Origin: Eledone cirrhosa
Taxonomy: Eukaryota
Reading direction: 5' to 3'
Assembly: GCA_964016885.1 (NCBI GenBank)
Contig: OZ024747.1
Coordinates: 46,190,001-46,254,000 of the forward strand
Length of the DNA stretch: 64,000 bases
Positions 14,410-28,175 of this stretch are shown here, in pieces. Position 1 is the first letter of the stretch, and the number at the start of each line of letters is the position of its first letter. The position numbers and the translations under genes are program-made. The notes beneath the pieces were generated by a model. It had not been told where the DNA came from. It saw nothing but the letters and a program-made list of their open reading frames with translations, and searched no databases.

Positions 14410-14792
14410 GTATATAGTTACTTCTATAATCATTATTGTTTCCCTCGTTAATTTGGTCAAGTCTTTTTTGTTTGCAATTTTTGTCGGTTGGTGTGTGAGG
14501 GGTGGGGCACTTTTATTAATATATATATATTTTTGTCACATCCAGATTCTTTTCGATAAAACTTAATAACTATCTTCTCAATGATATTGATAACTAATTT
14601 TCTTGTTAAAAATATGATAATAACTCCTGAAGTAAAAGAAGGCAAGCCGTATAAGGTCCTCTGTTACAGTCGATATCACTACACTGATATTATATGGCAC
14701 AGTTCCTTTGTGAATATATTTTTCTATAGTTTAGCTTCGATTTCAAAATATTTGATTTATGAAGATTGCTTAAGCATTTAATATTTGTTTGT

Positions 14793-14958
14793 TTCTTCTT
14801 CTTCTTCTTCTTCTTCTTCTTCTTCTTCTTCTTCTTCTTCTTCTTCTTCTTCTTCTTCTTCTTCTTCTTCTTCTTCTTCTTCTTCTTCTTCTTCTTCTTC
14901 TTCTTCTTCTTCTTCTTCTTCTTCTTCTTCTTCTTCTTCTTCTTCTTCTTCTTCTTCT
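14793..14958. repeat. (TTC)n microsatellite
   Basis: Pure TTC run. Confidence 0.99.
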
Positions 14959-15413
14959 CTATTATCATCGTCGGTGTCGTCATTATCTACTCCTCCTCCC
15001 ATCCTTCATATATCGTATGTTATAAACTTTGCAATTCAGAATACATAAATTAAGTTTTAGATATCAAGTTATCAATGACAATATTTCCAATAAAATGTGT
15101 TTTTTTTTCCTGAGAAAAAAAAAAAAAAGAAATACTTATATATCATATTATTATTAATAATGTTAATAAGAATGATAAATAGCTAGATAAATAGGTCTTT
15201 AGATATAAAGATTGATAGATAGATAGATATGTAGGTAGATAGTCAGGCAGGCAGATAAATAAATATATAAATAGACATGTAGGTAGTCAGAAAGACAGAG
15301 AGACAAATAACATAATTTGATTGACAATGTCAAACACTGTTGTAACGCGAGCAATTTGGTCTCTTGCAGTGCGCACGCGTGTGTATGTGTGTGTATATAC
15401 ACTCGCACACACG

Positions 15414-15460
<47 letters not shown>

Positions 15461-15466
15461 TATATT

Positions 15467-15515
<49 letters not shown>

Positions 15516-15738
15516 GTATGCGTGTTTGTTTGTGTGTGTATACATGTACGTCTTTGGTTTTGATTTTCTTCATTTTTTATATCTGTTTATTGTCTTATTT
15601 TTTCTATAGTTGGGAGAAAGTTCTGGAAAGCGATGCTCTTTTATATATTTTGCCGCCAAACATAGGAAGTTAATGAACATAAATCTGATACTGTATAAAA
15701 TAAATGTGATATCTAATGTTTAAAATATTGTTCTTCCC

Positions 15739-15774
<36 letters not shown>

Positions 15775-15937
15775 TATCCTCATCACTTTCACATTTGTCA
15801 TCGACGTCGTCGTTAACGCTATCTTGTCTATTGCCATCTACATTTTCGTTATTTTTGTTGTTGAGGTATATGGCTACTTTTGACCGATTCAAATCTCAGT
15901 GCATGCGCTCAAATACACACACACACAGTGACACGTG

Positions 15938-16053
<116 letters not shown>

Positions 16054-16814
16054 TTAAAAAAAAAAGAAACGAGCAAGACTAAGTCTTTAGAATATGAATT
16101 CAAAACAGGGGGTCACACAGAACAAAGACCATGGAAAAAAAAAACCTGAAAATCGGGCAGTCACATTTCTCAGTCAACTTCTGGAAATTATTTGCAATGT
16201 CGGGAAATTAAGGTTGATAATGTTCATTTCATCAACTTATAAAGAAGGTTGGTTATAGTGGTAATGACATCGGCACCCCAGTGCGATCAGAATCCACTGG
16301 GTGGAACCAGTAACTAAAATAAGAAGGCTTTTAACCATTGTTCTCTAGCTGTCAAGCACAAAAAAAAAAAAAAAATAATTGCTGGTCATAATGTGGGAAT
16401 TAGTGAAATATCTTTACCTTATTGTGTGTCTTCAAGTATAAGAAACAGTTCATTTATATTTGTCTAATTTCATATATAATTAGTGTCAGACTACAGTATA
16501 TGATAATGTAAATCAGTTCACGTACAAATATTTACTTATCAATAAATGTTTTACTTTAATTTGATGGTTTCATTTATTACAAGTGATAATTTTTGTTTTC
16601 GTTAATGAGAAAATTAAATAAAAAATATTCATATATTTTAATATTCATTAGTTATATAATAAATAAGTTGTTACATTCTTTAGCCAAGAATTTATTGTGT
16701 TTATACAATTCAATACGTCTGATAATTTCGACAACAGTCATCCGGTACATTTTCAAATTCGCTGCCAGTCTTTCCTCATGTATTTTTCTTCTTTACGTAA
16801 ATAATGTGTTTTTT

Positions 16815-17015
16815 TAATTTTTGCACAACACCAGTAATGTTTTTGTGGGAATAGGTAAGAGACTGTCGATTATAACGACACAGCATTTTACTGGTACTTT
16901 ATCGGTCTCGGAATGATGAACGGAAAAGTTGACTTCCGAAGGATTTGAACTCAAAACGTAACGAAATGCTCAGAGTATTTTGTCCAACGCTATAACAATT
17001 CTGCCAATCCACTCC
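16815..17015 (-). mobile_element. tRNA-derived SINE, diverged copy
   Basis: Reverse complement of the A box (TGGCAGAATTG) and B box (GAGTTCAAATCC) plus central domain. Confidence 0.75.
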
Positions 17016-17080
17016 TTTTGCTGTATGCTTGATTAATAAATACAATATCATTTCACTCACAGCGCAGCAAAATAACAAAA

Positions 17081-17205
17081 TAATTGTTTCTACTTTTGGC
17101 ACAAGGCCAGTAATTACTGGTAGTTTATTTTATCGATCTCGTAAGGATGAAAGGCAAATTAACCCCGGCGGGATTTGAACTCAGAATGGAAAGGGCCGTA
17201 ACTCA
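17081..17205 (-). mobile_element. tRNA-derived SINE, 5'-truncated
   Basis: Matches the family tail GGCCTTGTGCCAAAAGTAGAAACAATT and the B box. Confidence 0.8.
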
Positions 17206-17654
17206 TTAATAAATAACCAAATAAAACGAAAGATTGAGAAAGATTGAGCTGTTGTTTCTCCCACATCGAGAAACAACAGCTCAATCTTTCTCAAATAACA
17301 CCGGTTTAACGTGGAAGAGGAGAAAACAAGTTGGATAATGGAGATAGAAAATATTTGGAATGATTATCAATGGAATGTTTTGATCATAAGATAATTAGTT
17401 AGAGCTGAGTTTCAGCTTAACACCAGCAGCCACAGGAGTGTAATATGTGAAGACATGATAAAGTATTTAGATCTACTATATAGAGGTTCTCAAAGCGGAG
17501 GGGCATTGAGAGGGTCCAAAGAACGCTTGGGGAGCGGTATAAATGATATAATAATATATTAAATATCAAATGATACATATTATATATAAATATAGTAAAA
17601 TAAAAAATATATACTTATTTATACATAGTATATATTATATTATTTATTATATAT

Positions 17655-17840
17655 GGCGGTGGATTGGCAGTATCGGTAGAGGGTCTGACGCCATGCTTTG
17701 ACGCATAGAGTACGGCCCTTGCCATTCTGAGTTCAAATCCCGCCGAGGTTAACTTTGTCTTTCATCCTTACGGGGTCGATAAAATAAAGTACCAGTAATG
17801 TACTGGGTAATTTCTGGCCTTGTGTCAATAGTAGAAACAA
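17655..17840 (+). mobile_element. Full-length tRNA-derived SINE with 21-bp TSD
   Basis: A box TGGCAGTATCGG, B box GAGTTCAAATCC, central TTTCATCCTTACGGGGTCGATAAAATAAAGTACCAG; TSD ATTATATTATTTATTATATAT at 17634-17654 and 17840-17860. Confidence 0.92.
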
Positions 17841-18290
17841 TTATATTATTTATTATATATAAATTGACGATTTTATTTATTAAACTAAACAAATCTAGTT
17901 CATTCTCATTTGGAGAATGTTTTCAGCAGTTGGCGATAGATAGATAAATAAGAATACATAGATAGATACAAATCAATGTGTGTGTGTTCTAGAAACTAGT
18001 GGTGTTATTTCACTGTCATTTCTAGTGAAACTAGTTACCACAATGTTGATAGATAGATAGATAGATAAGAATACATAGATACAGAAAGAGTAGTACATAA
18101 ATAGATACACCTCGATATGTGTGTGTATGTGTGTGTGTGTGTGGTGTGTGTGTCTGCGCGCGCATGGTAAAATCTAAAGTTTTATTTCGCTGTCATTTCT
18201 AGCAAGACTGGTTACCACAACAAAGCTCTTTGCGCCATGTACGACAGACAGGCACACAGACAAATCGATATAGGGCCAACTGCAGGCCCT

Positions 18291-19636
18291 CTAAAAGACG
18301 CACCCGGCGTTGCTCGGGAATGAACGTGTTCCTTATATATTAGAAAAAGGAAGCAAAACAGGTTGTATAGAAATTTGTTATTCTAAATTCCATTTATTCT
18401 TCAATTGAGGTACATGATTAAATCAGTTCATTAAATTCATAATACAGAAATTAATAAGAAATGAAAATACAAAATTTATCTCTGTTATGAGGGGAGATGA
18501 ATTCTATCACATGTGTTGAAGGAAATTACTTAAGAGCTTCTGGGTAAACAACATTCTTTGTTTTCTGGTTCGGAACATAGACAAATAAGTCTTGTAAACT
18601 ACCCACCTTGGAGCAACAAACGTAAAGTTGACCATGAGAAAAGAAAGGCTAATTTAAGTGCAAGCCAGTAGATTTCAAAGTTTGACCTCCGTTTGATAGA
18701 CATTGCGAAGCAAAGTCGGACTGGGAATTGTATTTCAAATGGCATGTCCATTGGTTTGAGTGGAATTCTTGTAATGGAAATATCTTTCCCGAGGTACACC
18801 CAGTGATGATGGTAGCTTCAATCACATTAGGTGATAATGTCTTCACAATCAACCTTGTCTCATTGCATAATTTAGGTGGATCTAAATTATTGGGACTCCT
18901 ACCTTCAGAAGAGGTTCATGTGGAGGAGTTCCGAGTGACTCAAGAGAATTAAGGAACTCTGCTGGGTAGTGGACAATTTGGTTTTCTTCAAGGACTGAAT
19001 CAACTGAATTGTACTCCTTAATTACTGTTGGATTCTTATTCCTGAGCTCATGGTTAATCCTTGCTACTGTCTCATTTGTTTGAGCAAGAATTGCCCTTTC
19101 TCACAACCATTTGTGTGAATTATAATAATTACTTATAATAATTACTTTTGTCAAACGCCTATCTTGATCAAGACGCTTATGTCTCTCCTCTGAGGATTAG
19201 AGAAGTCCTGCAGCAACTGTTTGCTCCTGGTTTTTTCTTTGTCTAATCTCTCACTGAACTATTGTCTTTTGGGTAACTCTGGTAGCTTGTCTTTATCTTG
19301 CATCCTTTAAACATTTTTCTTTTTCCTCTTTCGATTCTTGTCCGCTGCGGGATGTATTTTGCTGACGTAACTGTTCTGACTGTTTTTCCTTTGCCTCTTG
19401 AGACTCATTGGTTTTCATGTCTTTGCTGTCGTTGTGCAGGGGTCTCTAGTGATCTTGCTCTGGCTCCCTGTACTTGCCTTTGCTGCACTGTAGCATGTCC
19501 CCACTCTCTTCTTGCCTCGTTAGCAACGTCTGAAGAGCTTGTGGAGGGTGAGAACATTTTCCCCCTTGGCATCATTTTTGAAAATTGAAATTGGGATGAA
19601 ATGAAAAATGAGTGAAAGTTACATGAATATCTTGAC

Positions 19637-19683
<47 letters not shown>

Positions 19684-19895
19684 AAACACTCACATACACA
19701 CAACACACCAAACACTCACTCACATACACACAACACACACACTCACATACACAACCCCCCCACACACACACACACATGCACACCCACACACACACATATG
19801 CACACATAAGCAAACGCAACGACTCGCTTAGTGAAACATTTAGAAATATAAATCCGCGTTCGGTTGATTTGGAATTACGAAGTAATTTTTCATGA
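18291..19895 (-). mobile_element. Internally deleted, decayed Helitron
   Basis: Pif1 helicase C-terminal motifs (VIEATIITG, RIPL, QFPVRLCFAMSI, GQTL, FSHGQLYV..SKV) at ~18600-18850; N-terminal R..ET..QRQQR segment at 19405-19575; 3' hairpin CCCGAGCAACGCCGGG followed by TTAG (CTAG-like) at 18291. Confidence 0.85.
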
Positions 19896-19912
19896 GAGAG
19901 AGAAAGAGTTAG

Positions 19913-21061
19913 ATATGTTTCTTTATTAGCCACAGAGGCACAAAAGAAGGGGACAAATACAAAGGGGGAAGTTTACATACAATAAAAACGTGTAAAACAT
20001 TATCACAAATACAATTTAAAACTTAATCGATTTTCTCCAATAGGAGGAGACATTTCATATGGGTAACACATACCCCCGAAAAAATGTGCAACCCTCATCT
20101 CCAGGAGTACGAAGAGTTTGTACCCCCTTCCTCTCTTCCTCTTTTTCCTCAACCTACAGGCTGATATAGAGAGAAGGCCCATTCACTCGGGCCATTCACG
20201 CCACTTTCACCCACCTTTCATAAAACTTGCTAGGGTACAGCACCTCTCTCTCCATCCTGATTCTTCTTCCAAAGTGGTATTTGAAAAAAAGAATCAGTTG
20301 TTTGCCGGAGAGAAAGGTGTCTGACCTCAGCCCTTTTAACCTTGTCCACCATAAAACCTCTTTCGCCATAGCTATCACACAAAGGAAAACCGCCTCTCCT
20401 TTGTTTTTGAAGGAGGGTGGCGATTTGATCATGACAATGGACTCGGTGGTCAACCGGATTGGTCCCACCTGCGACAATAGTCGTTCTACATAGCCCCACA
20501 GGTCACTAACGCCCGGGCAGTGTATGAATGCGTGCGCGACGGTTTCTTCGTCTCGCACGCATCTCAGACATATCTTTTTCGAAGGGTCCCTGCCCGGGCG
20601 CCTATGTCTGTAGAGCTTGTCTCGAACTGGTAGAGCTCCTCGGTAGCACTGCCAGGCCAGGGACTTTTGGAAGTTGTCCAGCGGTCCCGGGCGGAAGGTC
20701 CTACCGAACAGACTGGCCAGTTCGTCTCCACTTGCTGCGGATCAACCCTCTATAGAATGACGAAGTGGAGTCTCCACTGATCGCCGGGTCCGCCTGTGAG
20801 CGCCTGAGCACATTCGATGTGCCAGTCGCCCATTTTTCTCGGTCTTTGCGTTGACCCAGGACTTCAGTTAGGTCAGCGAGACGAGTCGTGGGAAGGCTCG
20901 CCTCACGAACGCGGCTCACACCAGTTGTCCGGTGTTGAATACGTAGAGATGCCGCAGCCTGAGCGCGTGTTTGCGCATCGTCAGCCACGGCATTTCCAGC
21001 CCTCCGTTGGAAGGGTGTTGGCAGCAGATGGATCTTCTCACCAAAGGAGCCCAATTCTTCC
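19913..21061 (-). mobile_element. Tx1/L1-clade LINE 3' fragment, divergent subfamily
   Basis: ETVAHAFIHC zinc motif; homologous to 34950-35850; AATAAA at the 3' end. Confidence 0.88.
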
Positions 21062-21279
21062 ATAGATAGATAGATAGATAGAATCAGTGAGTGAGTGAGT
21101 GTGTGTGTGAGAGAGAGAGAGAAGAATGAGAGAAGGAGTTCTCTTTCTCTTTTTCTGCCATCACATATACAGACATACAATCACACACATACACACGTAT
21201 ACATTCACACAAACACCCATACATTCACACAAACACCCATACATTCACACAAACACACATACATTCACACAAACACACA

Positions 21280-21522
21280 CACAGAGCGTGGAAAAGTTTG
21301 GAAGTCTGTTGGCTGTTTTTGCCGTAGTTTTTTCACCATCCCCCTTCTTCTTCCTCCCTTTTACACACACGTACATTTACACACATACACACACATATAC
21401 TCACACTGAGTTGAAACGCTGTTTGACTATTTTTTTCGGCGTAGATTGTTCACCCCCCACCCCCCTTACATGTGGATTGACACACGGACAGACGGACACG
21501 ATTCGACTTATATTTATATCTA
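21280..21522 (+). mobile_element. Possible Helentron/DINE-like non-autonomous remnant
   Basis: Ends in ACACACGGACAGACGGACAC...TTATATTTATAT, a terminus style seen in Helentron-derived elements; similar motif near 18240-18270. Confidence 0.3.
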
Positions 21523-21789
21523 TGTTATTTACAATTTGCGTGTAAGCAGGTCACTCTGGAAATAGAGAAGAGTGGGGTGGCGCTGAAGGCATTACGTGGC
21601 CGTGAGTGGGGCGGTGGCCCCAAAATTTGAGAAGCTCTGATATAGATTCTATATATACTTACTTCAATCTGTGAAGACATATTTTGTCTTCACAGCGTTT
21701 TCGGTTAAGACCTTAATTATCTAGAAAGTTATGTGATTAATATTCAGCAATACAGTTGAGGGGTATTACTCTTCTTTTTTTTTTCTTTC

Positions 21790-22727
21790 TCAAGTATAAA
21801 ATATAATTGAGAGATATATCAGATGAAAGAATGGTATTTAACTAATGTATTGGTACGCGATGGGGCCCACCCACAGCCCTGCCGGACAGAATGGAGAAGG
21901 CGTTTTCCGGAGGACGGCAAGGGAGACGCGCTGGAAAAGCCACTCCAACACGCGGGGCTCACACCTGCGGCTGGCCAGCTCAGCGTCTGTGGTGGTGAGT
22001 AAGGAGGTAGCCCTGGGGCCAAGGACACCAGAAGTCTCCACTGCCAGGGGAACGACCGCAAACCTGTCGGAGAGCGACCGGCATTTGAGGAGTTTGGCCC
22101 CCTCAGCCCGGCGTGCAGCAGAACCTAGGTCAGTCGCAGACTGCACAAGGTTGCGGCTGCAGAAAGTGTCGGTGCAAGTGGCATCCCAGACGAGGAGTTT
22201 GCCACCGCGGAACGGGAAGATGGTCATACAATCTGGCCTTTTGCCGTCCCCTCGATCCAGCCCCACCGGCTCGAGCTGGGAAGGGAAGCCTGCAACGTCC
22301 AAGCCATGCTTAATGACCTCGTTTAGGGCAGCATGGCGTGGAATGCGGCCGGCACTGTGGCGACAGGAAAGCAGGTGGAGGCCGAAAGGGTCCACGGTGG
22401 AACCGCAGCGATATTGGTGTGGATGGCAGATCCAGAGGCCGAGCCTCAGTGAAACGCCGATTCGCAAGCTATGGTTGTCTAGCTGCGTACCAGTGGAGAA
22501 GAAGGGCAGGGCATGGTGCCAGGCACCACTGTGGCGTTTGGTGGCCGCATGAAAAGAAGCAAGGCGGTGCTGGTCAAGCTGGCGCGTGAGCCTATCTGAG
22601 GCCAGGCTGCACTAGATGGCATCCCAAGTGCGTTGGGGCGACTTGATGTGAACAGGGGGAGAAGGAGGAGGGACGTCTACTGGGCTAAGTCCAGCCGGTC
22701 CCACGTCTCACAGGCGGCCTCACGTTC
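21790..22727 (-). mobile_element. CRE-like non-LTR retrotransposon 3' fragment (CCHC finger + restriction-like endonuclease)
   Basis: ORF 21838-22467 contains CGSTVDPFGLHLLSC, RH, KRPD, WDAT and PLAVETSG; markedly GC-rich. Confidence 0.85.
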
Positions 22728-23205
22728 TCTGAACTTGGTTAATATATAGCCCCTTGTGGGAATTTCTGTAGGTACTATCAAAAAGGCTATACTGTACAGC
22801 CACCAGCTGATATCTGACATATTTTAACAATACAGATTTATTTGAAACACTCTACATCAAAGTTTCAAAACAGTATATTATGTAACTGACACAATTCACA
22901 TCAGGTGTACCAGACCAGGCTGCATTTCAAGCTGGTGTTGTTCTTCGCGTAAACTCAGACGTGTGCTAAATTGTAAGGTGTTAGTGTAGTTAAGGCATTG
23001 ATCCTGGATAATTGCAGAGTCGTCTCGTTTCAGTGCTGCGAGATAACTCCGACACACTACAATAAACTACATAATCAAATTATTGCTCGCGTTGAAGAGC
23101 GTGATTTTGGAGCGTTCCGGATTGGAGAGCGGAAACAGCAGGCGCCGAGATGGGATTCCATGTTTTCTGTACAATTAGTTACTCGTTGGTTTCTCCCCCT
23201 CTCTT

Positions 23206-23290
<85 letters not shown>

Positions 23291-23669
23291 TGCATATATA
23301 ATTAACTTAGTTTGTATCACATATCTCTTTTCCCTTCACATACTTTGAACCATAATGAGATACAGTTTTTATATATATTAAAAAGGAAATAGCTCTTCAT
23401 TTTTTGTAAGTATTATATATATATAAATATTCTATTCTATATATATATAAATATATATATAAATATTATATATTCTATTGTAATATATGCAATAGGTATA
23501 TGTTTAACTTAAGTGCAATAATAGACACGTACTTCCTGTACATAGGTAAGTTACTTATGATTAAAGAAAGGTAGAATGACGACTCAATTTGGCTTGAAAT
23601 GAAACTCTGTCAATACTCACACAGAAAAACTCAGTTACAGCCATTTCCCCTCTAATTGTATAAATACAA

Positions 23670-23743
<74 letters not shown>

Positions 23744-23843
23744 GCGTATATACATATTTATATATATATATTTGCATGTATATATATATATTAATGTATG
23801 TATGTATATAAAAATGTATATATATATATATATACACACACAC

Positions 23844-23876
<33 letters not shown>

Positions 23877-23989
23877 AATCATACACAAAACGCCAGCACC
23901 AACAGTTTTGCAAAAGATGTCAACATGAATGGACCTATTATTTTTATTTAAAGACATTTTTTCCAATTGCAACCCAGCCGGCCCCTTAA

Positions 23990-24123
23990 TCTATCTTATT
24001 TCTCATTATTTCTTCGGATGAAGGACTAGCGTCCGAAACGTTAAGATCCTCTTCCTGCTATATCAAGCGTTAACCTACTATATCCCTTCCGAATGTGTTG
24101 TTATTTCTGTTTACCTTTTACAT
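23990..24123 (+). mobile_element. PLE pLTR, family I, with hammerhead at 24015-24046
   Basis: tctt-CGGATGA-AGGAC tagc GTCC-GAAA-CG-TT-aaga (U4G change); homologous to 46960-47180(-). Confidence 0.7.
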
Positions 24124-24139
24124 ACATACACACACACAC

Positions 24140-24197
<58 letters not shown>

Positions 24198-24202
24198 CAT
24201 AT

Positions 24203-24271
<69 letters not shown>

Positions 24272-24412
24272 AATATATATATATATACAAATATATATAT
24301 ACAAATATATATATACAAATATATATATATATATATTTCGTTGACAAATACATCAATATGCCGAGACATATAATATATAACTATATATATATATACATAT
24401 ATATATAAATAT

Positions 24413-24491
<79 letters not shown>

Positions 24492-24500
24492 TATACATAT

Positions 24501-24559
<59 letters not shown>

Positions 24560-25070
24560 TATATTCACAAACATACATATGCTTACATTCATATACACAA
24601 GTGACATTTTTTTCTTTTACTTAAGTAGTTAGCTATACGGCTCTATAATATAAAATGTATGAACTGTCACTTTGTAAGCGATAATGAAATATTTATACCC
24701 AGTAATTCCTTCTGGATTATATTACTCTTATTAATTTGCTCTTTCGTTTTTTTTTTTTTGCATCTTAAAAATAAATAATAAAGGGAAGAAAATCGTCTGA
24801 TTAGAAAACTGATTCATTAAATATAAAATGTCTACCTTGTAGAAGCTTGAGATAAGTTTTAAGAAAGAAGAAAAATAGAAAGAGAAAAAAAGATGAAAAG
24901 ATAAAACAAAATAAAAATTGCTGTAACTCATTAGTGACTAATGGCAATGAATTCTGCCAGGCTTGGACACCTGTGCAATATACATGAGACAGCTCTTTTA
25001 TAATTAACAGTAATTCTTTTAGCTGATATCCTAATAGAACATATAGTAAAAAGTTCATATATATATATAT

Positions 25071-25135
<65 letters not shown>

Positions 25136-26461
25136 CTGTGTGTGTACATGAAACTAAAGCAGTAACAAAAGTACTATGTTTTACAAAATACTTGACGCTG
25201 ATTAATTGTAAAAGTCAATTTAGTATTTGCCAATAAACATATTAGAAACGCAATATTGAGCAGTGCAGAGGCAAGTTTATTTTAGTAGAATATTATGATA
25301 TATATAATATTTCTTAACCCATAAGTATCGTAAATGTCCTAATAATTACTTCCAACGGCCAGACCTCAGTCTTCTAGCTCACGGGGCTAGTAAGTTATCT
25401 TAGTTTAAGAATAATATTTAAGAATCTGAGATACATTGGCTTCATCGGATACCTCTACATGGAGAGTATATCTCTGCTGTAAATATTAGGTAATATTCCC
25501 ACCTGCTCTGTTCCCAATTGCTAAATGCATATTTTGATTTAAACCTAAATTCTCCGTGTTGGTAGATTCTCACTATTAACATCTCCCACAATTGCCACCT
25601 AATTAGAAATATTTAAATGCCACCATATCAGGATGTTACGTCACTAAAATTGACGGTATTGGAATCTAAGAAATGGTAAAGAGTCGGACTAAAGTTCCTT
25701 TATTATTTCTGTGGATTGGCAGTATTTCTTTACAATTATTTCTTTACTTTTCGTTATGTTGATCGTTAAAATAGTTCATGTTCTACATTCAGGCTCACTT
25801 AATTGATAAGTTTCCGCCTAATAGTTTGTCTCTAGCACTTCCTCTCTACCATTCTCTCTTTCCTTCTCTGTACGAAATCGGCTCTGTTGAGACTTAGAGA
25901 GGAGATTGTCTCCACCAGTTTAAAATGTCTAAGACATGCTATATATCACTACCACACCCCCTACGATATCACAAGGAGTTATGTGCCCATAGTAGTTTGT
26001 AGTTGTGTGCCAAAATTAGATTTCGAACTTATAACAAATAGTGAAGGTAAAGTCATCTTGGTAAATCGCTGAAGATTTTGTTTTGATTTAATGTATGACA
26101 CAGAGATTATCGCTGTTGTGCGCAATTCTCAATAGGTTATGGAAAACATACACTCAGTTCTCCAAGGTAAATAAATATATGAGTAGCTTGTCCTACATCT
26201 CCTTATATGGTGATATTTGTCTAAGTGTAGTTGGATTAGCCCATTGAACATAACCCACAAACAGCCCATGAGACAAAGCACATACACCCACAAAATGATT
26301 ACAGAATTGTTGTAGATCAATATAACCGTGGGATGAATCTGGAAGCTTAGCTCCAAGCTCAGAGGTTATGTTTCACATCCTCTGGTCTATAATTTACTGT
26401 TCATGTTATGGTTCACCTAGAAGTAAATAATTACCATGACCAGGTAGTGATGGTTCACATT

Positions 26462-26768
26462 ATCCCGCCGAGGTTGACTTTGCCTTTCATTCTTACGGGG
26501 TCGATAAAATAAAGTACCAGTAATGCACTGGATAATTGCTGGCCTTGTGCCTAAAGTAGAAACAATTATTATATTACAGGGCGGTGGATTGGCAGTATCG
26601 GTAGAGGGTCGGATGCCATGCTTTCCAGCATAGTTACGTCCCTTTGCGGTCTGAGTTCAAATCCCGCCGAGGTTAACTTTGCCTTTCATCCTTACGAGGT
26701 CGATAAAATAAAGTACCAGTAATGTACTGGGTAGTTGCTGGCCTTGTGCCAAAAGTAGAAACAATTAT
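26462..26768 (+). mobile_element. Tandem SINE pair (truncated 26462-26570 plus full-length 26579-26768)
   Basis: Same family as 17655-17840. Confidence 0.9.
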
Positions 26769-27941
26769 TATATTATAATACATGAAGGTTATCGAAGGGA
26801 TCAGACAATCCAAACGAGTACAGATACCGTGAATCAGTTTCTTTGGTTAAATCACCTCATTCGCAGATATTGTGGTGGCCAGTAGCATAGAGATAAAGAA
26901 GACACAGATTATTTATATCTGGTGGAAGAAATTCGGAAGATAAATAAATCTCTCATGAAAATCATACATTGATTTTATCCCCGTCCACCAGAGAAGGGGC
27001 ACATAAAATGATATATTTCTTCACGAGAAATCTTTATTTATCTGTTTTAGTATTTCTATCCGAAATCCGTGTCACCAATTACAGGAGTCTTAAAAACCAT
27101 AAAACTATCTTTTCTATCTTGCCATGCAGACTGCAGACATATCATAATTATCATGTTGGCTATCATAATCAATATTCACAAGAAAGTCGGTTTCGGTTTG
27201 TTTTGTTTTCTGTTTTAGTTTGTTTTATTGCATTGTTTTACTTTTTAAAAATAGTGGAAATATATTTATCAAGTGTGATTCTAAATGAAATATAAATAAA
27301 GACAAATTATTTTAATTCGGAAACTAAGAAAAGCAAACACTACTACATTCTGAATAGTTGCCAACATAACAGTGGACAGCAGTTCCACAACCAAAATGTC
27401 TTGGATTTTCTTTTCTAAATAGCTTCGTAGATATTTTAAGAAAAATGTTTCAAGTGGTTGTAATAACACTAAACGTAAAAATAAAATTAATATATAACTT
27501 CAAGCAGCAATTCTTTTACAAGTTTCTTATAATATTATCTCCCACATATTGGAATAATGCCATTATATCTGCGCGTTCTATTTATTTCATTATAGTGAGA
27601 GTTGACAAAATAGAGTATTGATAACATGCACCATTAGCAGTTATACCTTAGGCTCAGCACAAAACTTTAGATTCTAGTTGTCACCGTTGTCAGATCGGAT
27701 AAGTCTATTTTGTTTTCTTTTTTTTCTATATTGCTGTAAACAAATTTTTGTCTTTAATCTCCATAGATACATAAAATAATACTCTATTAAAATATAAAGA
27801 TGACTTTCCTACAGATTGCAGTTCGGAATTCCAACACGGCTATGGTGGGTAAAAACAATAACTAACCGATTTAGGTTCATTCTCCGACTGAACACATTCA
27901 CCAAAGGGATTTAGGTCCCACTTCCATAGGTTTAAGTTGAT

Positions 27942-28071
<130 letters not shown>

Positions 28072-28082
28072 TATATATATAT

Positions 28083-28175
28083 AGTAATAATAATAAATTT
28101 GAAGACTAAAATCCAAAGAGGGCTCGATAAGGATAAATATATATCAAATATATAAGAACCGTAGAGCAAATATTT
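28083..28175 (-). mobile_element. Family A tail fragment within (TA)n
   Basis: Reverse complement of 2520-2612. Confidence 0.85.

Noticed and set aside
14690-15053. Poly-K/E/S/F/L ORFs
   Set aside because: Translations of (TTC)n.
17655-17745. tRNA gene
   Set aside because: A/B boxes are present, but there is no clean cloverleaf and they are followed by SINE body and TSD.
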